Source: Parcubacteria bacterium C7867-001
GTDB lineage: Bacteria > Patescibacteriota > Minisyncoccia > Phycocordibacterales > Phycocordibacteraceae
Direction: 5' to 3'
DNA: 64,000 nt
Assembly (NCBI GenBank): GCA_001189095.1
Contig: LFCK01000001.1
Location: 149,251-213,250, forward strand
Every line of letters begins with the position of its first letter. Position 1 is the first letter of the stretch. Shown one piece after another: positions 47,853-57,971 of the stretch. The position numbers were made by a program, and so were the translations under genes. A model generated the notes under the pieces. The model worked only from the letters and a program-made list of their open reading frames with translations, had not been told where the DNA came from and searched no databases.

Positions 47853-48725
47853 ATGAGCAAGCATTCGCACGACAGCCAGGGAAACATTAAAATAGCGCTC
47901 TTTCTCAATATCTGTTTTACGATAATTGAGCTTATCGGAGGTCTTCTCACAAATAGTCTCGCCATTCTCTCGGACGCACTTCACGACTTCGGAGATACCA
48001 TCGTTCTCTCGCTTGCGTGGTATGCCGAAAAGAAATCTAAACAGGGTCCGGATGAGAAGCGCACGTATGGATATGCCCGTCTCTCGGTATTCTCCGCACT
48101 AGCGTCAGGAGCAGTCTTGATCGGCGGCTCTCTCTTTATCGTCTCACAAGCTATTCCTCGTCTCTTCAATCCTGAAGCAGTTAATGCGCCTGGAATGATG
48201 ATTCTCGCGGTGGTTGGAATCGTATTTAATGGCATCGGCGCATACCGCCTGAAGAAGGGAAAGGGCATAAGCGAACGAGTACTTTCCTGGCATCTCTTTG
48301 AAGACGTGTTCGGATGGACTGCGATACTCATCGGTGGTGGGTTGATCTATCTCTTCGATCTGCCCATCCTCGATCCGATACTCACGATTGGCTTTACGCT
48401 CTTCATTCTGTGGGGTGTGATTCGCTCAATGGGAGAAGTGAGCAATATTCTTCTTGAAGGTGTGCCAGACCGGGTGAACCTGAAAGCTCTTAAGAACGAC
48501 ATTCAGGCATTTGAAGGAGTATTGGGTCTGCATGACGTACATGTTTGGTCTCTTGAAGGGAAGACGAACGTTCTCAGTGGCCATATCGTCATCAATCCTC
48601 AAAGTGTAGATGAGGGACGAGCTATACAGCAGAAAATAAAAGTGATGCTTAAGGAAAAGCATGATATTGAGCACGCCACCATCGAACTTGAGACGAATGG
48701 AAGCTGCGAAGGAAAACCTTGTTAG
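47853..48725 (+). CDS. Cation diffusion facilitator (CzcD/ZitB-like) metal efflux transporter
   Basis: His-rich N-terminus, TM core with LSDALHDFGDTIV (CDF signature), C-terminal cytoplasmic domain. 290 aa. Confidence 0.85.
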   Translation: MSKHSHDSQGNIKIALFLNICFTIIELIGGLLTNSLAILSDALHDFGDTIVLSLAWYAEKKSKQGPDEKRTYGYARLSVFSALASGAVLIGGSLFIVSQAIPRLFNPEAVNAPGMMILAVVGIVFNGIGAYRLKKGKGISERVLSWHLFEDVFGWTAILIGGGLIYLFDLPILDPILTIGFTLFILWGVIRSMGEVSNILLEGVPDRVNLKALKNDIQAFEGVLGLHDVHVWSLEGKTNVLSGHIVINPQSVDEGRAIQQKIKVMLKEKHDIEHATIELETNGSCEGKPC

Positions 48726-48909
48726 ATACTCTTTAAAGCTCTTACCTAAGCCATATTCTAGTCCACACTTCTTCATAAAAACATCATTGACCATGGTGCT
48801 ACCCACGCTATACTAGTAGTACTGGTTAGATACGGTTGTACTCAAGAAAAGCCTATATAGGCTTTTTTGTATTATGAAGAAACGCTGAACGTCCCTTCGC
48901 TTTCCTATA

Positions 48910-50004
48910 TTGCCTTCAATCTTTTTCTCCCGTTCTAAAGCTAATGCTAAGAAGCGCGGTACATACAAAGTTTATAGTTCGGTAGCAGCGGTTTTCGCTC
49001 TATCCTTTTTTATTCATATTGTGTCGCCGCAGTCTGTAGACGGCATTTTTCCTTTTCCACATACAGCACACGCTCAATCTGACGGCGAGGGTGGCATGAT
49101 TCATGACCCAACTATTGACCTGCTCGAAGCTGCCGTAAATTTCGACCCCAATCCAAACAAGGGTGACCATGAAATGGAACTCGCTGGAGGTATAGCACTC
49201 TTGCCTCACGGAGATATTCCGGAGGGCGAAGTCGGGGCATTAGACTCGAAAGCTTCTTCACCAAACAAAACAGGTATTGCAATCTATACCGTTAAGAAAG
49301 GTGACTCGCTCTCAGAGATTGCAGAGGAGTACGGTGTGTCTACAAAAACTATTCTGTGGGCGAACGATATACGAGATGCAAGCACTATTGGTATTGGAGA
49401 CGAGCTCATTATTCTTCCAGTCACAGGTGTTCAGCATAAAGTAGTGAGAGGGGAAACACTTCAATCTATCGCCAAGAAGTACGGTTCGGATGTAACTGAT
49501 ATTGCGCTCTACAACGGCATTAGCGAAAGCAAGGGTCTTATCGCAGGTTCCGAGATCATTGTCCCGGGCGGCGCATTCCCATCAGCTTCTCCAAAGAGTG
49601 TGGCAAGCACCGGTTCATCTAAGAAAAGTACTGCTTCAGCAAAGTCTTCAAGTACCTCTTCCTCATCAGGCAAGTTTGGGAACCCTCTCCCTGGTGGAGC
49701 TATCACGCAGGCAAATCATGGGTACAACGCCGTAGATATAGATGGTGAAACAGGAGACCCTATTTACGCTTCGGCAGGTGGTACGGTCCTTGTTGCTAAA
49801 GGAAGTGGCTGGAATGGTGGATACGGGAATTACGTAGTTATTGAACATGGAGGGGGAGCACAGACGCTCTATGCACACATGTCGAATGTTGCTGCGTCTG
49901 GCTCAGTATCTAAGGGTGATGTTATTGGGTACGTAGGAAATACAGGCAAGTCCACTGGGTCTCATCTTCACTTCGAGGTGCGAGGAGCAAGTAATCCTTT
50001 ATAA
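48910..50004 (+). CDS. LysM-domain M23 metalloendopeptidase
   Basis: Two LysM repeats (YTVKKGDSLSEIAEEYGVS...; HKVVRGETLQSIAKKYGSD...). M23 core GYNAVDIDGETGDPIYASAGGTV...HMSNVAASG...GNTGKSTGSHLHFEV. Confidence 0.8.
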   Translation: MPSIFFSRSKANAKKRGTYKVYSSVAAVFALSFFIHIVSPQSVDGIFPFPHTAHAQSDGEGGMIHDPTIDLLEAAVNFDPNPNKGDHEMELAGGIALLPHGDIPEGEVGALDSKASSPNKTGIAIYTVKKGDSLSEIAEEYGVSTKTILWANDIRDASTIGIGDELIILPVTGVQHKVVRGETLQSIAKKYGSDVTDIALYNGISESKGLIAGSEIIVPGGAFPSASPKSVASTGSSKKSTASAKSSSTSSSSGKFGNPLPGGAITQANHGYNAVDIDGETGDPIYASAGGTVLVAKGSGWNGGYGNYVVIEHGGGAQTLYAHMSNVAASGSVSKGDVIGYVGNTGKSTGSHLHFEVRGASNPL

Positions 50005-50030
50005 GCTTGATTTCAATCGGTATTTTTCTG

Positions 50031-51359
50031 TTATGCGACCGTTATTTTTTTATCTTTCAGAAATAGTTTGGTCTTGAGACATGAGAGCATCTCTCGCTTC
50101 TCGAATATCGTTCCTTCTTTCAGCAGGTACTTTGCGTAGTTCCTGATATCCACGTCTGGTGTTTGAACATCCTTCTTGTGTCCCAGCACACCCACTCTAA
50201 ATTTGTTGAATCGTGCTAGTTCTTGCTCTATCCGCGAGTGCATTCCTAGCTCATCCAGACTCAGTGTGTCCATAAGCTCCACCAGCCCGTCTATAAGTAG
50301 AGTCTCGTTGATATAGGGATTCTGGCATTCATCCCTACCTATCTTGCTACAGAAGTAGTACACATGCCGATTCACCCCTCCATCTTTAAGCTTCTTAAAC
50401 TTCTCGTCAGCAGTAATTCCTGAGGTGCAGTACCCGCATCGAATCAGCTTCGTGAAGGCGAACTCTTTACTCTCGGTTTTCGGTACGTACTTCTGGTCTA
50501 AGGCAACCTGCACCTTGTCGAACAGTTCTTTATCAATGACTGGGCTATGTCGTCCCGTGTACCAGTTACCACTCCCGACAGGGTACTCAAACTCCCCATA
50601 GTAGTACGGGTTCCGTAATATGAGGTAGATGTTTGCGAGCACGAGCGGTTTTCCGCGGTGCGTTTTGAATCCAGTATCCTCGAGCCATCGGTGTAGCTTT
50701 CTTCCGCTCCATTGTTCGTGCGCGACTTTCTCATACATCTGCCGAATCACATGTCCTCGCTTCGGATCTATTCTCGACTGGCATTTCTTATCAACATTCT
50801 TCTCATTCAAATAACCCGTGGGTGCGACTCCTGGTCGAAGTCCCATCTCACACCTCGTGCGAAGTCCACGTTTTACGTTCACCGCCTTGTTGTCATTCTC
50901 GAGCTTTGCCTGACTTCCTAGAATCATCAATAGAAACTTCTCATTCGGATTATTGGTGAATCGCTGTCCGTAGGTGCGTATTTCTACCAACTTCCCCTGA
51001 TCCATCAAATCCACCACCGACCCTAAGTCCCCAGCATTACGCGCCAGACGGTCGGGTGCCCACGTCAGGATGCCGTTGTACTTACCCTCACGAAGCTCGG
51101 CGAGCATTTCGTTGTATATCGGTCTTTGTCCAACCTCCTTAGAGGAGTGCGATTCTCGCTTGGTCTCTATTATGGTCAGTCCATCCCGCTCAGCTAAATT
51201 CAACATCTCCTTAACTTGCGATTCTATTGATAATGCCTGCTTATCCTCGGCTTCCGTCGATTTCCTCGCGTAGAGGCAGTATTTGATGGCTACTGCCTCT
51301 ATAAGAGGGACAGGTCTCGAAACCCCTTGTTTACGCTCACTTATTGCTATTTGTGTCAT
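50031..51359 (-). CDS. Large serine recombinase (resolvase-domain plus recombinase/zinc-ribbon domains)
   Basis: Catalytic AIKYCLYARKSTEAEDKQALSIESQ (Y-A-R-x-S-T serine motif), a later recombinase domain and a Cys cluster (CGYCTS...C). Start placed at MTQIAIS. The ORF track extends to 51518 but would overlap the divergent gene. Confidence 0.8.
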   Translation of the reverse strand: MTQIAISERKQGVSRPVPLIEAVAIKYCLYARKSTEAEDKQALSIESQVKEMLNLAERDGLTIIETKRESHSSKEVGQRPIYNEMLAELREGKYNGILTWAPDRLARNAGDLGSVVDLMDQGKLVEIRTYGQRFTNNPNEKFLLMILGSQAKLENDNKAVNVKRGLRTRCEMGLRPGVAPTGYLNEKNVDKKCQSRIDPKRGHVIRQMYEKVAHEQWSGRKLHRWLEDTGFKTHRGKPLVLANIYLILRNPYYYGEFEYPVGSGNWYTGRHSPVIDKELFDKVQVALDQKYVPKTESKEFAFTKLIRCGYCTSGITADEKFKKLKDGGVNRHVYYFCSKIGRDECQNPYINETLLIDGLVELMDTLSLDELGMHSRIEQELARFNKFRVGVLGHKKDVQTPDVDIRNYAKYLLKEGTIFEKREMLSCLKTKLFLKDKKITVA

Positions 51360-51516
51360 ACAACCACATTGATGACGCCGAACCCCATACGAGTCTAGAG
51401 CGGCTAAGACGCGTTGGAGTTGGCAGAGTCTGCCAGAGATTACTCTTTGTGTAGGCTGTAAATCAGGAGTAAAATGAAGCAAATGAGGCAAGCAAAAGTA
51501 AACGTATTTATTACAC

Positions 51517-52125
51517 ATGCAAGACGATCCATTTCTAGGAACTAAGGACGGGCTTAGTGTCCTAGGTGGAGAAGTATCTAATTTTTACCAATTAGGATTT
51601 GGTCAACTTGATATCAGCGAAGAGGAAATTAGTAAAGCTGGGCGATTGATACATGTTTTGTCGATTATAAAGCTTGAAGGATTACGTCCAGAAAAGTATC
51701 CCGCGAAGGGTGTAACGAATGATCATCACAGGCATTTACAAGGTGCATTATTCGCTTTTGGAACTGAAGGAGTTAATCACGAATGGAGAGAACACTCCGC
51801 ATCATCTATACGAGAAATGATTTCAGGCTTTGCTTCGTCTGAACTGGAATTTAATGAGAACGTAAGTAAGTATGGGACTAATCAGAATACTAATTCAGAT
51901 GAACTTAAAAAGATAGAATCGGCTTGTAAAAAAATAAAGAAGTACTACCAATTTTTTACTGGCGTAACACATCATCAACAGGCAGCCATTACTAATGGAT
52001 TCCGTCAATTAGAAGATTTAAGTGCAGAAAATGAAAGATGCTTGAGCGTCGATAGTTTTAAATTAGTGTTCAAACATTTCTTTATTGATTTGAAGAAAAT
52101 CATTACAGTATTTCCAGACCTATGA
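51517..52125 (+). CDS. Hypothetical protein (202 aa), translationally coupled to the next gene
   Basis: ATGA overlap with the 52122 start. No recognisable motif. AT-rich codon usage typical of the island. Confidence 0.5.
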   Translation: MQDDPFLGTKDGLSVLGGEVSNFYQLGFGQLDISEEEISKAGRLIHVLSIIKLEGLRPEKYPAKGVTNDHHRHLQGALFAFGTEGVNHEWREHSASSIREMISGFASSELEFNENVSKYGTNQNTNSDELKKIESACKKIKKYYQFFTGVTHHQQAAITNGFRQLEDLSAENERCLSVDSFKLVFKHFFIDLKKIITVFPDL

Positions 52126-55064
52126 AACAGCTTCAATTACATCGCAAAATAGATGAGTTTTTGAAAGCAGGAATTGCAACCGCGTCTGTTGATGTTGCGC
52201 AAGGGTTTATTCATGGTAACGAAGACTCAAAGCGGTATTTCTTTGCACAGGCAAATGAGTCTTGGCTAAGATGGTTCTTCGATAATGGTCTCTTTGAGGA
52301 ACTTAAGAAAAAAGCCGAAGATCCGACTAAGTACGGATACCGTCTTTCAGAACTTGAGTATCTAACAAGAATGGCGGATAAAGAGCCTCAGACTGTAGTG
52401 GATATTATTCTTTCCATCTCTATCACCAAGGACACCTTCAATCCTGAGGTAATAGATAGATTTTTCTGGATTACAGGACTACTGCCAATCACTCAAATAA
52501 AACAGATTCTACCAAAGATTCTCTCTGAAAATTGGTTGTTGCTGATGTCACCATTTAGTAAGTCTGGATACGAGTATCAGAAGATGGTCGAGAAGCTAAG
52601 TGAAGCTAAGGATTATGACGCTCTCCTTATTCTCACTCAAATCATTCTCACCGTTCGTGCAAAAGAAGAGTTCGCTGACTCGGAACGCTTTTTCATATCG
52701 GATAAATTGTTCTACCTTGGCGATATCAACGCTACGGGTATATTTGATGTAATCACAAATACTGAGAATCCAAAGAAAGAGGAGTTTTTGAAGGTTACCC
52801 TAGACACCCTCGCGATAGTTGTTGATTTGGGTAAAGAAAGAGAAGAGACTGTCTTTGATAAAACGGAACCGTTTTATTTACTCGATGTCGATATATTTGC
52901 TCTTGAACTTGATACGGGTAAGCGGTCTCATCTAAGAGAAGACATTCAAAATCTTGTTGCAACAGCTAAAGTTCTTGTTCGCTCTACAATCGGCTCTCTC
53001 TGTGAGAACGAGTTAGAAACAAGGCGAATATACGATACATATATTGCGACCCTGCCAGATAGTCTTACTTGCTGGAGATTGAAGCTCTACTCGATTACTC
53101 GTTGCCCCGAGGTCTTTAAAGTTGAAATCAAAGAGGCGTTATTCCGCGCATTCAATGTGGGAGAAAGATATTTTGAAATCGATGGAGGTGCCGAGTACCA
53201 TAGAGGTCTCATTGCTGGTTTTGGTGCACTTGATGATGCGACAAAAAGAGAGTATGTCAGCAAAGTCATTGAATATTACGGCGCTACTTTAGACGATAAG
53301 GATCGAGAGGGGTGGAGAAAGAGAGATGGTCTAGAGATATTAGGCTATATCAAAACTTATCTAACTCCAGAAGAATTCACAATCTCTGAACCAATCTTGG
53401 GAGTTATACCTACGGGTGAGGTTGTTGTACCACATCCGTCAGTCGGAAAAGTCACTAGTGGAATGGTACTCCACAAATCACCGTTTAACCCAGCAGATAT
53501 TACAATCGACGAACTCATTAATCACCTTAAAACTGACTCAACACCGAAAGCACTTAATGAGCAGTACAAGAATGACGATTTCCTCAGCCCGCGCGGAGCT
53601 GAGGGACTTAGTGATGCAATAAAAGAAGATTTTAAAATACGAAGAGTTGAGTATTTGAGCAATCTCAATAAGTTCTTTGACCGTGATGCAATTGACCCCG
53701 TGTATGTTTATGGACTTCTTCGTCAGGTAGAAGACATGCTTCGAGCAAAAGAAGCATTTAGTACTACTGAATATCTTCAGTTAATAAGCTTCTTTACTCT
53801 CATCGAACAATCTGGAACAGAGGTCGAATTTGAGCCAGCAGAGGAAAGACCTTACTGGGCTGACTGGATAACTGTGCACAAATCTATGGCAGATGTGTTA
53901 CTTGAGATTCTTGCACTAATGAAAGATTCCCAGACATTCAAAGATAATAGAGCACAAATATTCTCCTTGGTTAAATATCTTCTTTCCATCAAGAGTAGCC
54001 CTGATGCAGAGGACGATAAACGAGAATCAAATGAGCCAGCTCATGTAGCCATCAATTCCGTGCGTGGCCAGGCGTATAGAGCGTTCGTACAATTCACCTA
54101 TAACGAAGGAAATAAAACATTGTCGGAGGACGTAAAGACTCTCTACGAGCATGTGTTGGCTACTGATAGCTCAAACGCAGTCAGGTTTACGATAGGTCAA
54201 TTTTTGGCATCATTCTATTTCCGCGACATCCCGTTTATTACAAGTCTATTTCCAAAGCTATTCCCGAAAGCAGAAGCCGGTAAAGAAAAGGCTTACTTCG
54301 CGACATGGGAAGGGTATCTCGCGAGCTCGCTATACAAAGAGCTTTTTGAAGCACTTAGGGAATATTACGAATATGCAATAAACATCGATCCAGAGACGTA
54401 CCCTGATCGGAAATACCTCAAAGGATTAGATGAAACTCTTGCTGTCCATATCGCACTTGCGTACGCGCACTTCGATTTCAACATAGGTGATCCTTTGTTT
54501 GATCTATTCTGGAATACTGCTAATGAGACCCGTCATTACGAGTTCGTGTCATTTGTTGGGCGAACTTGTATCACTCGAAGTCAGGCTGGCGATGCTTGGT
54601 TTGCTGAAAATAATGTAAGCAAAGAAAAGCTCATTGAGTTCTGGAATTGGATTATTGCTACAGATATTCCGATTGAATCAAAAGCGTTTTCGGGCTTTGG
54701 GTTCTGGATAAATCCTGACAAGGAAATCATTGATGAGAAGATACTCATCCAAAACCTTTCAACTACTCTTGAAAAATCCGAGGGTGAGGTTGATTGGGAT
54801 TACGGTCTAACCCGTAGAATAAAAGTATTTGCTGAAATTGATCCAGAAAATACGCTCGAAATAATTCGACACTTCTTGTTGCAGGGTAACGAACTGAATT
54901 CGCATAGACGAGCACCTTTATTCAGTATTGATACTGAAATCAAAGAAGCTCTCGAGATTATCTATACGAACGAGCGACTAAAACAGGGTGTCGAAGACCT
55001 CATCAATCTTCTCATTGAAAGGGGTAGTAGTGTCTTCTGGGGGCTCAAAGACATCCTCAAATAG
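52122..55064 (+). CDS. Large hypothetical protein (980 aa, predicted alpha-helical, no recognisable catalytic motif)
   Basis: Single uninterrupted ORF. No Walker, HEPN, PD-(D/E)xK or zinc-finger motifs visible by eye. Weak hairpin (agggc ttcgcaa gccct) after the stop. Confidence 0.6.
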   Translation: MKQLQLHRKIDEFLKAGIATASVDVAQGFIHGNEDSKRYFFAQANESWLRWFFDNGLFEELKKKAEDPTKYGYRLSELEYLTRMADKEPQTVVDIILSISITKDTFNPEVIDRFFWITGLLPITQIKQILPKILSENWLLLMSPFSKSGYEYQKMVEKLSEAKDYDALLILTQIILTVRAKEEFADSERFFISDKLFYLGDINATGIFDVITNTENPKKEEFLKVTLDTLAIVVDLGKEREETVFDKTEPFYLLDVDIFALELDTGKRSHLREDIQNLVATAKVLVRSTIGSLCENELETRRIYDTYIATLPDSLTCWRLKLYSITRCPEVFKVEIKEALFRAFNVGERYFEIDGGAEYHRGLIAGFGALDDATKREYVSKVIEYYGATLDDKDREGWRKRDGLEILGYIKTYLTPEEFTISEPILGVIPTGEVVVPHPSVGKVTSGMVLHKSPFNPADITIDELINHLKTDSTPKALNEQYKNDDFLSPRGAEGLSDAIKEDFKIRRVEYLSNLNKFFDRDAIDPVYVYGLLRQVEDMLRAKEAFSTTEYLQLISFFTLIEQSGTEVEFEPAEERPYWADWITVHKSMADVLLEILALMKDSQTFKDNRAQIFSLVKYLLSIKSSPDAEDDKRESNEPAHVAINSVRGQAYRAFVQFTYNEGNKTLSEDVKTLYEHVLATDSSNAVRFTIGQFLASFYFRDIPFITSLFPKLFPKAEAGKEKAYFATWEGYLASSLYKELFEALREYYEYAINIDPETYPDRKYLKGLDETLAVHIALAYAHFDFNIGDPLFDLFWNTANETRHYEFVSFVGRTCITRSQAGDAWFAENNVSKEKLIEFWNWIIATDIPIESKAFSGFGFWINPDKEIIDEKILIQNLSTTLEKSEGEVDWDYGLTRRIKVFAEIDPENTLEIIRHFLLQGNELNSHRRAPLFSIDTEIKEALEIIYTNERLKQGVEDLINLLIERGSSVFWGLKDILK

Positions 55065-55378
55065 AGCTGTTGGTAAGAGGGCTTCGCAAGGCCCTATATC
55101 TAAGCTAAGGTTCTAAAAGGTAGCGCAATTTGCTATCATAGTCCTTGTACAACAAAGACCTAACCTCTAGAAAACGCTTAGTTTCCTAGAGCATGGTCGG
55201 AATAACAAAACCGCTACAGTATAGAAGGCTCCTCGTCAGAGTCACTGTAGCGGTCGTGTACTCGAAAGGGTATATGGGTTAGGCCGAAAGGTCTGATCGC
55301 AATGGCGGGGAGCCTTCTGTCCCACGACTCTAGGCTCCCTGCTACTTATTAGCAGAAGCTAAAACCGCTACAGTGCAT

Positions 55379-56302
55379 ATGAATAAAAGTATACAAATAG
55401 GCGTATTCGCCTTAGGGATATTTATATTCCAAGCAACCAACGTTCACGCAACTGACTATAACTACCTGCCTCCCGATGTTCTCATCAAACAGCAGGAAGC
55501 GCAGTCAGCTCTTGAGTACCGACTGCAAAAACTAGAAGCATCCGTTTCGAGCGATTCGTCTGCATCTATTGCGAGCCTCAAGTCTCGTATATCCCAACTC
55601 GAATCAGAGCGCACAACGGAGAAAAACTATATCTCAGGAGTGTATGCTCAGAGTGGTATTGCCAATCAGCTCGAAGCTAAGTTAGCTGAGATTGATGCGA
55701 AATACGACTCCCATATAAGTAGCCTGAAGTCACAGTTATCGAAACTCGAGAGTTCAAGTTCAAGCCAGTCAAACAACGAGTCAGAGATCCAGTCCCTAAA
55801 GCTCCAGATTGCCCAGCTCAAGGATAAGATCGCCACTCAAGAACTTCAGGTCAGTGAACAGGCGCTCGAAAAGTATCAAACAAAATACGAGTACTCAGAT
55901 GCAGAAGTGTACGAGGTCTTTACCTATATAGATGCACTTGCTCTCCAAGACTCATCCAAGCTGTTCCAGCGCATCAAAGTCAATAATCCAGAAGTAGCGT
56001 CTCGGGTTGTCGCTTTCTACAACCAGAAGTACCCACACGGGAAGCCGGGCACTGCAATTAACGATGAGTACCTCGCTTCGCTTCCAAAGACAACGGCTCC
56101 CACGCCTACAAAAACTCAGGCTGGAGTAGCACCAACTGTTGTACCGAAAGAGGTAGCAACTACCGCGAAGGATTCTGTCCCAGCAGAATGGCAGATCCCT
56201 CCCACTCCTGAACCAGTCATCACTCCACCAGTAGAACCAAAGCCAACGTTCATTCAGAAAGTAATGAGCTTCTTTAGTCGATGGTTTTTCGGAGGAAAGT
56301 AG
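55379..56302 (+). CDS. Secreted coiled-coil protein with Pro/Thr-rich C-terminal region
   Basis: Signal peptide MNKSIQIGVFALGIFIFQATNVHA. Heptad-like Ser/Leu/Gln repeats. PTPTKTQAGVAPTVVPKE...PPTPEPVITPPVEPKP tail. Confidence 0.6.
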   Translation: MNKSIQIGVFALGIFIFQATNVHATDYNYLPPDVLIKQQEAQSALEYRLQKLEASVSSDSSASIASLKSRISQLESERTTEKNYISGVYAQSGIANQLEAKLAEIDAKYDSHISSLKSQLSKLESSSSSQSNNESEIQSLKLQIAQLKDKIATQELQVSEQALEKYQTKYEYSDAEVYEVFTYIDALALQDSSKLFQRIKVNNPEVASRVVAFYNQKYPHGKPGTAINDEYLASLPKTTAPTPTKTQAGVAPTVVPKEVATTAKDSVPAEWQIPPTPEPVITPPVEPKPTFIQKVMSFFSRWFFGGK

Positions 56303-56642
56303 TAGTTGTCCACAGCCCATCTTGGGACTAGGTTTTAAATTTCCCTTAAAACATAAAGGATTTTTACAAGGGCTTTCTAATGTTCAAAGTTAGAGACCAG
56401 TGTCTGTATCATTTTTGTGATAGCGTTAGCTCTAGAAGCACCAATCACATCAGACCTGATTCTGTGAGCCTAAGCCACTCGCACAATTAAATAAGCCAAT
56501 AAGTAAATCGTGACTTTCTCTACTTGTAGAGAAAGGTATTTCGATTTCTTTGCGGTTCGTCGAAAACCCACCAGAGAGTCGAAGTTAAACTTCGGAAATC
56601 TGGTGGATTTTTGCTTCTAATTACTTAGCTAATTAGAAAGAC

Positions 56643-57971
56643 ATGAACAAGGAAAACTTGAAGATCGAGTACGTAGCCATTGATCAGTTGAATGTGAACA
56701 CGCAGAATCCCCGTAAGTGGAGTGAAGAGCAGAAGAAACAACTCAAGGAGAGTATCAAGCGGTTCGGAAATGTTGATCCGATAATCGTAAATACCCACGA
56801 AGAGCGGAAGAACATTGTCGTAGGAGGACACTTCAGGCTAGAAGCGTGCAAGGAGCTTGGGTACAAGAATATGCCCGTGGTATTCGTGAACCTCACGCCT
56901 AAAAAGGAAGAGGAGCTCAACCTGCGCCTTAACCGCAACCAAGGAGAATTCAATCTTGAGATGCTCGCTAAATTCGACAGCGCAATGCTCCTTGATATCG
57001 GGTTCGACTCGGAAGACATCGATGAGATATTCCCGTCAGTAAAGCACGACCAAGAATTCAATCTTCAGGACGAACTCGACAAGCTCGATATCACGGTCGA
57101 AGCAAAGAAGGGTGAAGTGTATGACCTCGATGGCTCGCGCCTCATGATTGGCGACTCAACCATCGAAGCAGACATGCTGAAACTGATGGGAGATAACCGG
57201 GCGGATATGGTGCTAACAGATCCTCCCTATATCTTGGACTACCTCAAAGGCAAAGGTCGAGGAAAGGATGGTGCAACAGTGGGTTTCGGTTCCAAGAAGA
57301 ATCGTAGGTACCTTGAGACTGATATTCTACCAGACAACTTCAGCGAGTTGTGGATGGCAAATGTCGCCAAGGTCCAGAAGCCTGACTTCTCAATTATCAT
57401 CTTCGAGAACCCAAAGAACCTGCGAACTATTTGGAACGCACTTGAAGCGCACTGGAAGTACCGTAATACGATAACGTGGCATGTGCCCAATCGTATGCAA
57501 GGATTCTCAGCCGCGAATAAGTTCTTCAATAAGACGGACATTGCGCTCGTAGGAGCGAAAGGTGATGTTGCGCTCAACCTAGAACCAGAAGAAGAGCCGT
57601 TCCAGAACGAGTATGAGAACGCGATCTTCGCCACTTCAGGAAAGGCGCACTTCGAGCCGTATGAGAAAGGAAAGAAGATATGCCCGACTGACTTCATCTC
57701 GCACCCAGCGGCAGATAAGAAGTCGTCAGGTCAGGAGATTATCTTCGGCACTAAGCCCATTGAACTCCTCGTTCCGTATCTCAAGGTACTCACCAAGCGA
57801 AATGACCTCATCCTTGAACCGTTCGGTGGAAGCGGGAGCACCCTCATCGCCGCAGTGAAGATGGGTCGCCGGTGCTTCGTCATGGAGAAATCCCACGTCT
57901 ATGCGGAAGTGATTATGAACCGCTGGGAAAAAGAGACAGGCAAGAAGCGTAAGAAAGTCGTAACAGTATGA
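56643..57971 (+). CDS. ParB-like nuclease domain fused to a DNA methyltransferase (N6-adenine / N4-cytosine type)
   Basis: N-terminal ParB-N-like region (YVAIDQLNVNTQNPRKWSEEQ...VGGHFRLEA). Catalytic DPPY motif (VLTDPPYILDY). C-terminal SAM-binding FGGSGST. Confidence 0.8.
   Translation: MNKENLKIEYVAIDQLNVNTQNPRKWSEEQKKQLKESIKRFGNVDPIIVNTHEERKNIVVGGHFRLEACKELGYKNMPVVFVNLTPKKEEELNLRLNRNQGEFNLEMLAKFDSAMLLDIGFDSEDIDEIFPSVKHDQEFNLQDELDKLDITVEAKKGEVYDLDGSRLMIGDSTIEADMLKLMGDNRADMVLTDPPYILDYLKGKGRGKDGATVGFGSKKNRRYLETDILPDNFSELWMANVAKVQKPDFSIIIFENPKNLRTIWNALEAHWKYRNTITWHVPNRMQGFSAANKFFNKTDIALVGAKGDVALNLEPEEEPFQNEYENAIFATSGKAHFEPYEKGKKICPTDFISHPAADKKSSGQEIIFGTKPIELLVPYLKVLTKRNDLILEPFGGSGSTLIAAVKMGRRCFVMEKSHVYAEVIMNRWEKETGKKRKKVVTV

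Noticed and set aside
50031-51518. Recombinase start at the first ATG (51518)
   Set aside because: It would overlap the divergent 51517 gene's start and leave no promoter space. The ATG at MTQIAIS (51359) gives a normal-length catalytic N-terminus. Uncertainty remains.
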